The notes under the pieces were generated by a model that was not told the DNA's origin, did not search any database, and worked only from the letters and a program-made list of their open reading frames with translations. From positions 13,490-77,489 of the forward strand of contig JAFTXV010000004.1 in NCBI GenBank assembly GCA_017461505.1: DNA of 64,000 nt, in the 5' to 3' direction. Positions within the stretch are counted from its first letter, which is position 1. Each line of letters opens with the position of its first letter. Made by a program: the position numbers and the translations under genes. Source of the DNA: Paludibacteraceae bacterium (GTDB taxonomy: Bacteria > Bacteroidota > Bacteroidia > Bacteroidales > Paludibacteraceae). Below are positions 1-6,403 of the stretch, in pieces.

Positions 1-276
1 CACTTTGCTGCCTTTTTCCTTCAGCATCTTGGCTACTGACGATTGGCGGCTTTTGTTCATCAACTCCGAGCTCACGGTCAATTGGGTCATCTGTACATCT
101 TGCAGTTCCTTTTGCAAGTCACTCAACATACGCTGTTGGCGTTGCGATTGGTAACCGCTGTAGATATAGAAGAAAATCAATCCACTAATCAGCAGGATCA
201 ACTTATATTGCTGCTTAAACCACCCATGGCTCAGCACATTGCCGCTCAATATCTCTTTAATCGAAAACTTGCTCAT
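1..276 (-). CDS. FtsL-like cell division membrane protein (5' part only; 3' end runs off the window)
   Basis: Not in the ORF track because it is truncated. A minus-strand ATG at 276 gives MSKFSIKEILSGNVLSHGWFKQQYKLILLISGLIFFYIYSGYQSQRQQRMLSDLQKELQDVQ. This is a short N-terminus, one TM helix and a coiled-coil-like stretch. It lies directly after rsmH, as in dcw clusters. Confidence 0.6.
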   Translation of the reverse strand, partial: MSKFSIKEILSGNVLSHGWFKQQYKLILLISGLIFFYIYSGYQSQRQQRMLSDLQKELQDVQMTQLTVSSELMNKSRQSSVAKMLKEKGSKV

Positions 277-280
277 ACCC

Positions 281-1279
281 TCACAGTTTCTCCGCCACGC
301 GTAGTTTGGCACTTCGCGCTCTTGGGTTACGTTCCACTTCTTCTGCACTGGCGGTCAAGCCTTTCTCTATCACCTTAAACGGACTCAATATATTGCCGTA
401 AAAATCCTTCTCAATCTTACCTTCCAGATTGCCCGAACGCAAGAAATTCTTCACCATCCTATCTTCCAACGAGTGATAGGTCAATATCGCTATCCTGCCT
501 CCTGGTCGGAGCAAGTCTTTGGCTGCCAACAACATCTCACGCAACGCCCCCATCTCATCATTCACTTCTATGCGCAGGGCTTGAAACAATTTCGCCAACT
601 CTTTCTTGGCACCCGCTGGAATATCTAGCTCTACACCTTGAAAATCCCTTCCCTCTAGGGAGGGGGTAGGGGTAGGCTGCTTCCCCATAACTATACCCAC
701 CAACTCCTCCGTCCTCTCAATCGCCTTCTGAGCTCTCGCCTTCACAATCTTCTTCGCAATCTGACGCGAATTATTCATCTCACCATATATATATAGTACG
801 CGCGCGAGGTCTTCTTCGCTATAACTATTCAAAATATCCGCTGCTGTTCTGCCACCCGACTGATTCATTCGCATATCCAACGGAGCAGAGAAGCGAAAAC
901 TAAATCCTCGCTCTGGACAGTCAAAATGGTGGAACGACACACCCAAATCACCCAACAATCCATCTATCTGCTCCACCCCATAATAATCCATAAAGTTACG
1001 TAAGTAACGGAAATTGCTATGTACAAATTGCCAATGAGGGTGTCCCGACTCTCGATTCCCGAAATCAGAATCCATCGCATTACGATAAGCATCCAAATCC
1101 TGATCAAAAGAGTACAATACACCTCTCGCCTCATCGCCTTCTTGCCTTATTGCCTCTAGAATCGCCCTTGAGTGTCCTCCGCCACCGAAGGTCACGTCCA
1201 CATACAATCCATCGGGTTGAATATTCAACCCTTGGATTGTCTCTCTCAGCATCGCGGGAATGTGATAAATCTCATTCAT
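281..1279 (-). CDS. rsmH: 16S rRNA (cytosine1402-N4)-methyltransferase RsmH/MraW
   Basis: 332 aa. It has the SAM-binding motif VDVTFGGGGHSRAIL and full-length RsmH-like sequence. The gene order is mraZ-rsmH. Confidence 0.95.
   Translation of the reverse strand: MNEIYHIPAMLRETIQGLNIQPDGLYVDVTFGGGGHSRAILEAIRQEGDEARGVLYSFDQDLDAYRNAMDSDFGNRESGHPHWQFVHSNFRYLRNFMDYYGVEQIDGLLGDLGVSFHHFDCPERGFSFRFSAPLDMRMNQSGGRTAADILNSYSEEDLARVLYIYGEMNNSRQIAKKIVKARAQKAIERTEELVGIVMGKQPTPTPSLEGRDFQGVELDIPAGAKKELAKLFQALRIEVNDEMGALREMLLAAKDLLRPGGRIAILTYHSLEDRMVKNFLRSGNLEGKIEKDFYGNILSPFKVIEKGLTASAEEVERNPRARSAKLRVAEKL
645..686. repeat. GC-rich hairpin/G-run micro-element, copy in rsmH (antisense to the gene)
   Basis: The sequence reads tcccttccctctagggagggggtaggggtaggctgcttcccc. 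It encodes PTPTPSLEGRDF in RsmH. Confidence 0.85.
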
Positions 1280-1296
1280 AGTTAGTTCGGTTTAAT

Positions 1297-1794
1297 TTAT
1301 AGATTGCGGGGTCCCTGACAAAGCTCGCTTTGTGGGGTGCCTTTAGGCTGGGATTTCATTCTTGCTCTTATGCGCTCTGCCAAGTCTTTTTGTGGCATTT
1401 GTTTCTCTGCGAATACACTTGGGTTCCATATTGCAAAGCGGTCCAACATACCTACAAACAGTATATCTTGCTGAGCACCAATCATTTCCAAATTTTTCTT
1501 TTGCAGCAGCACTCGCCCTTGGCTATCCATATCCAACATCTCTGCCTCCGACATAAACTGCATCAATATCATCTGATCTTCAGGATCCCACTCGTCCAAC
1601 GCATTGCGTAGCTCACTCACTTTCGCGTGCCATACGTGTTCAGGATAGAAGATAACACACTCATTATCAGTATCTCGCCGCATCACTATATGCGCCGAAC
1701 CCATCTCTGCAAGAATCTTTCTGTAACTTGCAGGAATAAACACGCGACCCTTTCCGTCCAACCGTGCCTCAATATTTCCAATAAATGTGTTCAT
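1297..1794 (-). CDS. mraZ: Transcriptional regulator MraZ
   Basis: 165 aa. It has two MraZ/SpoVT-AbrB-type repeats (LDGKGRVFIPASYR and MDSQGRVLL). It is the first gene of the dcw cluster. Confidence 0.93.
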   Translation of the reverse strand: MNTFIGNIEARLDGKGRVFIPASYRKILAEMGSAHIVMRRDTDNECVIFYPEHVWHAKVSELRNALDEWDPEDQMILMQFMSEAEMLDMDSQGRVLLQKKNLEMIGAQQDILFVGMLDRFAIWNPSVFAEKQMPQKDLAERIRARMKSQPKGTPQSELCQGPRNL

Positions 1795-1807
1795 ATATTT
1801 TCCTATT

Positions 1808-1859
1808 TCTAACTTCTAACAGCCTTCTGGCAGTCTAACTTCCAACAGCCTTCAGGCGG
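1808..1859. repeat. 26-bp tandem direct repeat x2 in the mraZ 5' leader
   Basis: The units are tctaacttctaacagccttctggcag and tctaacttccaacagccttcaggcgg, identical at 23 of 26 positions. Confidence 0.9.
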
Positions 1860-1878
1860 TCTTTTTCAAATTCCGCTG

Positions 1879-1920
1879 CAAAGTTACAAAAAATATTTGA
1901 TATTCCCCACATTTCCCCAC
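1879..1920 (-). promoter_or_regulatory. mraZ promoter with MraZ-box-like GTGGGG repeats replacing the -33 element
   Basis: The minus strand reads GTGGGGaaatGTGGGGaatatcaaatattttttgTAacTTTGcag. The -7 box TAacTTTG is at 1886-1879. Two GTGGGG boxes lie at 1920-1915 and 1910-1905 with 10-bp phasing. Confidence 0.6.
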
Positions 1921-2135
1921 AAAAAATTTTTCAGTATCTTTTTCAGTATTATTTCAACAATTTTATCAACAACCTATCACACTGATTTTCTTGCACTTAC
2001 AAACATTATTAATTTAGTGGTGAAAAGTGGGGCAAAATTACACCATACAACAGCCAACTGGCAAACATACAATTAACACTTATCCCCTATCCCCTTTACT
2101 AATCACTTAGATTTTACATAGAATATACATATCAC

Positions 2136-2201
2136 ATACGTAGGATATACGTAAGATATACGTAGGATATACGTAACATATACGTAACATAAACGTAACA
2201 T
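2136..2201. repeat. 11-bp tandem array x6 (ATACGTARGAT / ATACGTAACAT)
   Basis: The units read atacgtaggat, atacgtaagat, atacgtaggat, atacgtaacat, atacgtaacat and aaacgtaacat. Each unit contains the TACGTA palindrome. Confidence 0.95.
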
Positions 2202-2302
2202 TTCGCTACTTTCACCGAAGGGATACCGAAACATGCACTTACATTAGTACCATTAAAACACAGCAAAACCATCATAACTCTTACAACTTTTCCTTCACAA
2301 AA

Positions 2303-2334
2303 TTTGCACATCCGCAAATTTTGTTGTACCTTTG
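2303..2334 (+). promoter_or_regulatory. Bacteroidetes-type promoter of the DUF59-lpxH-mazG unit
   Basis: TTTG at 2303-2306, a 20-nt spacer, then TAccTTTG at 2327-2334. This lies 26 nt upstream of the ATG at 2360. Confidence 0.8.
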
Positions 2335-2359
2335 CACGTTATTTACGAGATTGTATCAT

Positions 2360-2674
2360 ATGAACGAATTTTTAGAACTCGAAGAGCAGGTACTCCGTAT
2401 GATCAAGACGGTCTATGACCCTGAGATACCTGTCAACATATACGAACTTGGGCTCATCTATCGCATTGACCTACCTGGCGATGGTGTCTGCAATATCGAC
2501 ATGACCCTGACTGCCCCCAACTGCCCTGCTGCCGACTTCCTTGTGGAGGATGTCAAGCAGAAAGTGGGCTCTGTAGATGGAATCAACGAAGTAAATGTCA
2601 ACATCGTCTTCGAACCCGAATGGAACAAAGACATGATGTCGGAAGAAGCCAAACTTGAACTCGGTTTCCTATAA
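2360..2674 (+). CDS. DUF59 / SufT-like Fe-S cluster assembly protein
   Basis: The ORF 2321-2674 is trimmed to the ATG at 2360 because the promoter -7 box lies at 2327-2334. The sequence VYDPEIPVNIYELGLIY...DMTLTAPNCPAADF is the typical DUF59 core. Confidence 0.85.
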   Translation: MNEFLELEEQVLRMIKTVYDPEIPVNIYELGLIYRIDLPGDGVCNIDMTLTAPNCPAADFLVEDVKQKVGSVDGINEVNVNIVFEPEWNKDMMSEEAKLELGFL

Positions 2675-2697
2675 TCTAACAGCGAAGCGATCTAATT

Positions 2698-3489
2698 ATG
2701 ACATACTTCCTCTCCGATGCGCATTTGGGTTCGAGAGCCATAACCAATCCTGAGGCTCACCAGCAAACCATCATCACCATGCTCAACAACATGGCGAAGG
2801 ATGCTACTGCCATCTACCTGCTCGGAGATATCTTCGACTTCTGGTGCGAGTATTTCTGGCGCGACCGCAGCAAAGAGCAATACCTGCCTATTCTCAACAC
2901 ACTCAAATCACTGACTAATAAAGGAATACAAGTCCACTTCTTCATTGGTAACCACGACATCTGGACTTTCGGTTGGCTCGCCCAACAAACAGGCGTACAA
3001 GTCCACCGCAAGCCAACTTCCATCACTATCAACGGCAAACGCATCTTCCTTGCCCATGGCGATGGGCTAGTGCCTAGCAACTACCTGCAACAACTGCCCA
3101 AGACCTTCCAAAAGAAAGTCAAGCAGTTCATCTTCCTTCGCAAAGTCTTTCACAATCCCTTCCTCCAATTCCTCTTCCGCCTCCTGCCACCTACTTGGGG
3201 CAACGCGTTTGGCTACAATTGGGCAAAAAACAGCCGCCTCAAAGAGTTGGCAAAGCCCTGCCCATACAAAGGAGAGGACAGAGAGGAACTAGTGCTCTTT
3301 GCCAAAGAACAAGAGCAACTAGGCAATCACCACGATTATTACATCTTTGGTCATCGCCATATCGAACTCGATTTGATGCTCAGCCGCGACAGCCGAATCA
3401 TCATCTTAGGCGACTGCTGGCAACAATTCACTTTCGCCCAAATGGACAAACTCGGAAATACAATTCTAAACAATTCTACACCACTCTAA
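2698..3489 (+). CDS. lpxH: UDP-2,3-diacylglucosamine diphosphatase (LpxH family)
   Basis: 263 aa. It has the calcineurin-like metallophosphoesterase motifs SDAHLG, LLGDIFDFW, GNHD and AHGDG in LpxH order. Confidence 0.85.
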   Translation: MTYFLSDAHLGSRAITNPEAHQQTIITMLNNMAKDATAIYLLGDIFDFWCEYFWRDRSKEQYLPILNTLKSLTNKGIQVHFFIGNHDIWTFGWLAQQTGVQVHRKPTSITINGKRIFLAHGDGLVPSNYLQQLPKTFQKKVKQFIFLRKVFHNPFLQFLFRLLPPTWGNAFGYNWAKNSRLKELAKPCPYKGEDREELVLFAKEQEQLGNHHDYYIFGHRHIELDLMLSRDSRIIILGDCWQQFTFAQMDKLGNTILNNSTPL

Positions 3490-3507
3490 ACAATAGTTAA
3501 CAACCCT

Positions 3508-4296
3508 ATGCATACACGAGAACAACAACTTGCCGCTTTCGACCGCCTCTTGACGGTCATGGATGAACTACGAGAAAAATGCCCTTGGGACAGAAAACAA
3601 ACATTCGAGTCCCTCCGTCAGAACACCATCGAAGAGACCTACGAACTTGCTACTGCATTGCTCCAAAACGATATGAACGAAATCAGCAAGGAGCTTGGCG
3701 ATGTACTTCTCCACGTGGTCTTCTATGCCAAGATCGGTAGCGAATTAGGTGCTTTTGACATGGCAGACGTCTGCAATAAGATTTGCGATAAACTCATTTT
3801 CCGTCATCCACATGTATATGGCGAATATGCTGCCAACAACGCCAAAGAGGTGTGCGAGATGTGGGAACAAGTCAAACTCAAAGAAAAAGGCGGCAACAAA
3901 ACCGTCCTTGCGGGTATTCCTGATGCCCTCCCTGCTCTCGTCAAAGCATATCGTATCCAAGACAAAGTAGCCAATGTCGGTTTCGATTGGGAAAAACGCG
4001 AGGACGTATGGGCAAAAGTCAAAGAGGAGATTGCTGAGTTCGAGGCAGAAGTTGAGAACATGGACGAAGAGAAAGCCACCGAAGAGATGGGCGACTTGTT
4101 CTTTGCGCTCGTAAACGCTGCTCGCCTATATAATGTTCGTCCTGACAACGCACTAGAGAAAACCAATGCCAAGTTCATCCGCCGCTTCAACTATATCGAG
4201 CAACAGGCAAAAGAAAAGGGTCTATCCCTCAAAGAGATGACCCTAGATGAGATGGAAGCCCTCTGGCAAGAAGCCAAGACAGCAGAAAGAATCTAA
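3508..4296 (+). CDS. mazG: Nucleoside triphosphate pyrophosphohydrolase MazG
   Basis: 262 aa with two MazG domains. Motifs include CPWDRKQTFESL...EETYE and GDLFFALVNAAR. Confidence 0.9.
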   Translation: MHTREQQLAAFDRLLTVMDELREKCPWDRKQTFESLRQNTIEETYELATALLQNDMNEISKELGDVLLHVVFYAKIGSELGAFDMADVCNKICDKLIFRHPHVYGEYAANNAKEVCEMWEQVKLKEKGGNKTVLAGIPDALPALVKAYRIQDKVANVGFDWEKREDVWAKVKEEIAEFEAEVENMDEEKATEEMGDLFFALVNAARLYNVRPDNALEKTNAKFIRRFNYIEQQAKEKGLSLKEMTLDEMEALWQEAKTAERI

Positions 4297-4838
4297 AGGG
4301 ATACACTATCCACCTTGCTCACTGGCAACACAAACTTGAGAGAGGCAGTAGGGAACTTCGAATCACTCTCCACTGTCAACGAGAAAGAGGTCTTGCCCAC
4401 TTGCTTAGGCGACACATAGATTGGAAAAGCCACGAAGTTATATCCTGGATTAAAGTACAATTGACCGGCTGCTACATCCGAACGATCCGTCAACACTTCC
4501 TCTATCTTAGTATTTAGAGGATACCACAACGCGGTTTCGGTAGAATCCCAAGCAATTTTCACAGCAATCAGATTATTGCTCACCGTATAATAAGCAGCAG
4601 AAAACATCAGCGTATCGCCCAACGCCAACGTGTCGGTAACAAAAGAATTATCTTTATCGTCATAGGTCAGACGCAAGGTATCTTTTGCACCCACGATTGT
4701 ATCACTATTCAGGATGGGATTCACATACAAATACGAGCACTTAATCTCTGGAGTATAATCAGAGTGAACGCTATCCAAACAGCTAGTCATTGCCAAAGCA
4801 ACAACCAATACAGATATCAATACAAACAATTTACGCAT
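4293..4838 (-). CDS. Hypothetical lipoprotein
   Basis: 181 aa. It has a signal peptide with lipobox (LAMTSC). I recognise no family. Its stop overlaps the mazG stop in a convergent arrangement. Confidence 0.6.
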   Translation of the reverse strand: MRKLFVLISVLVVALAMTSCLDSVHSDYTPEIKCSYLYVNPILNSDTIVGAKDTLRLTYDDKDNSFVTDTLALGDTLMFSAAYYTVSNNLIAVKIAWDSTETALWYPLNTKIEEVLTDRSDVAAGQLYFNPGYNFVAFPIYVSPKQVGKTSFSLTVESDSKFPTASLKFVLPVSKVDSVSL

Positions 4839-4869
4839 AATATTAAAGAGTAAATATTAATTATTAATT

Positions 4870-4895
4870 AAAAAAATCGGGTCACTAGGACCCGA
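4870..4895 (-). terminator. Rho-independent terminator after tRNA-Leu
   Basis: The stem pairs tcgggtc (4877-4883) with gacccga (4889-4895) around a 5-nt loop. A U-run follows on the minus strand (A-run 4870-4876 on plus). Confidence 0.75.
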
Positions 4896-4897
4896 AG

Positions 4898-4979
4898 TGC
4901 GGCATAAAGGACTCGAACCTTCACTCCTCTCGAAACTAGATCCTAAGTCTAGCGCGTCTACCAATTCCGCCAATGCCGC
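4898..4979 (-). tRNA. tRNA-Leu (anticodon TAG), no encoded CCA
   Basis: The reverse complement folds as a cloverleaf. The acceptor stem is GCGGCAT/ATGCCGC. The anticodon arm is CTAGA-CTTAGGA-TCTAG with anticodon TAG. There is a long variable arm, the T-loop is TTCGAGT and the discriminator is A followed by CTT. Confidence 0.92.
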
Positions 4980-4991
4980 AGAAATCGGCTG

Positions 4992-5023
4992 CAAAATTAG
5001 TAAAAAAATTACATATACGCAAG
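4992..5023 (-). promoter_or_regulatory. tRNA-Leu promoter
   Basis: The minus strand reads aatttttttacTAatTTTGcagcc. The -7 box is at 4999-4992, about 13 nt upstream of the mature tRNA 5' end. The -33 element is weak (CTTG-like). Confidence 0.65.
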
Positions 5024-5055
5024 AAAAACAGCAAAAAGTTTGCTTTTATTAATAT

Positions 5056-6324
5056 ATGAACGAAACTTTTTATCATAATTTACCTTCTGGACTGCAAATT
5101 GTCCATCGCAAGACCACTTCCCCCGTCGTATATGTCGGTATCATGGTCGGAGCGGGCACACGCCATGAGCTACCAAACGAAAATGGTATGGCGCATTACA
5201 TCGAGCATTGTGTTTTCAAGGGAACAGAGCACTACACCGCCCGCCAAATCATCAATCATATCGAGGGAATCGGCGGCGAAATCAATGCCTATACCACCAA
5301 GGAAGAAACCACTTTCTATGCGGCCACCCTGCGCCAACACTTCCGCACCACTCTCCACTTGCTAGCGGATATGGTGCTTCGCCCTACTTTTCATAAAAAG
5401 GAAACCGACAAGGAGCTTACCGTCATTCTCGACGAGATAGAGAGTTACAACGACTCGCCTAGCGAACTCATCTACGATGACTTTGAGAACATGATTTTCG
5501 AAGGCAGTTCACTCGCCATGCCTATTCTCGGCACCAAGCGAACTCTCCGCCACATCTCCAAGTCACCTGATATAGCTCTCAATTGGATGAAAACGCACTA
5601 CCGCCCCGAACGCATGGTGCTCTTCGTCCTTGGCAATATCTCCACCCAGCAAGTCATCTCCGCCGCAGAAAAAGAACTCCTCGCCCATAGCCCGCAGGGC
5701 ATCCAATATTCTCTAACTACTCCTGCGGAGAATGTGCATTCCACCTCCCTTCCCTTTAGGGAGGGGACGGGGGTAGGCTTCTCCCGCACCTTCCGCCGCC
5801 ATACCCACCAAACCCACATCATGCTCGGCTCGCACGCCTACCCTATCGGGCATCCCAAGCAACTAACCATGTATCTGCTCAACAACATCCTCGGCGGCGG
5901 CAGCATGTCTAGCCGACTGTATCTAAGCCTTCGCGAGAAGCATGGTCTAGTCTATAACATCGACTCGCAAGCTGTACCCCTCAGCGATACTGGCTATTGG
6001 AATATCTACCTCGCTTGCGAACCACAGCATAAGGAGCAATGCCTAGAGCTCTGCCACAAGGAGCTCAAGCAACTGCGCGACACTACGCTAACATCGGCTC
6101 AACTCCAACGCGCCCTGCGTCAGTTGGAAGGACAGATGGCTATCTCTGCTGAGAATCAAGAGAATAATGCATTGGCGATGGCTAAGCAGATGCTCTATCA
6201 CCACCATGCTCCCGCATGGCAAGAGACATTCGCCAAAGTGCAACAGATCACTCCTACCCAACTCCAAGACGTCGCCAACGAAGTCTTCGACCCCGAAAAA
6301 ATCTACACACTACTATACGACTAA
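5056..6324 (+). CDS. M16 family (pitrilysin/insulinase-like) zinc peptidase
   Basis: 422 aa. It has the inverted zinc motif HxxEH (HYIEH) followed by EETTFY, with M16 N- and C-terminal domains. Confidence 0.9.
   Translation: MNETFYHNLPSGLQIVHRKTTSPVVYVGIMVGAGTRHELPNENGMAHYIEHCVFKGTEHYTARQIINHIEGIGGEINAYTTKEETTFYAATLRQHFRTTLHLLADMVLRPTFHKKETDKELTVILDEIESYNDSPSELIYDDFENMIFEGSSLAMPILGTKRTLRHISKSPDIALNWMKTHYRPERMVLFVLGNISTQQVISAAEKELLAHSPQGIQYSLTTPAENVHSTSLPFREGTGVGFSRTFRRHTHQTHIMLGSHAYPIGHPKQLTMYLLNNILGGGSMSSRLYLSLREKHGLVYNIDSQAVPLSDTGYWNIYLACEPQHKEQCLELCHKELKQLRDTTLTSAQLQRALRQLEGQMAISAENQENNALAMAKQMLYHHHAPAWQETFAKVQQITPTQLQDVANEVFDPEKIYTLLYD
5744..5786. repeat. GC-rich hairpin/G-run micro-element, copy in the M16 peptidase gene (sense)
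   Basis: The sequence reads cctcccttccctttagggaggggacgggggtaggcttctccc. It encodes SLPFREGTGVGFS. Confidence 0.85.
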
Positions 6325-6330
6325 TCAATC

Positions 6331-6368
6331 AAAAACGCGACCCCGATGGAGTCGCGTTCTTTATTTTA
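6331..6368. terminator. Bidirectional terminator between the M16 peptidase and M6 protease genes
   Basis: The stem pairs aacgcgac (6334-6341) with gtcgcgtt (6351-6358). An A-run lies upstream and a T-rich tail downstream. Confidence 0.8.
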
Positions 6369-6403
6369 TTTCATTGCGAGATTATACAACTATTTGCAGA
6401 TCA

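Noticed and set aside
43-378. 111-aa plus-strand ORF at the window start
   Set aside because: It lies antisense to the FtsL-like gene and the rsmH 3' end, both of which have clear homology-like sequence and dcw synteny. It has no motifs and a Leu/Gln-rich, antisense-type composition.
1305-1345. Possible fifth copy of the GC-rich micro-element at the mraZ 3' end (ggggtccctgacaaagctcgctttgtggggtgcc)
   Set aside because: It lacks the CCCTYCCC-loop-GGGAGGGG core and the GGGRKAGGC tail. Only the generic G-runs are shared.
2136-2201. Considered whether the tandem arrays (here and at 30369, 35108 and 48521) could be CRISPR arrays
   Set aside because: The units are only 11 bp and directly abutting with no spacers. 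No cas genes or leader are present. These are micro/minisatellite-type arrays.
4839-5055. tRNA-Leu as an integration hotspot or genomic island boundary
   Set aside because: There is no integrase, no direct repeat of the tRNA 3' end and no phage or ICE genes on either side. The flanking genes are ordinary chromosomal genes.
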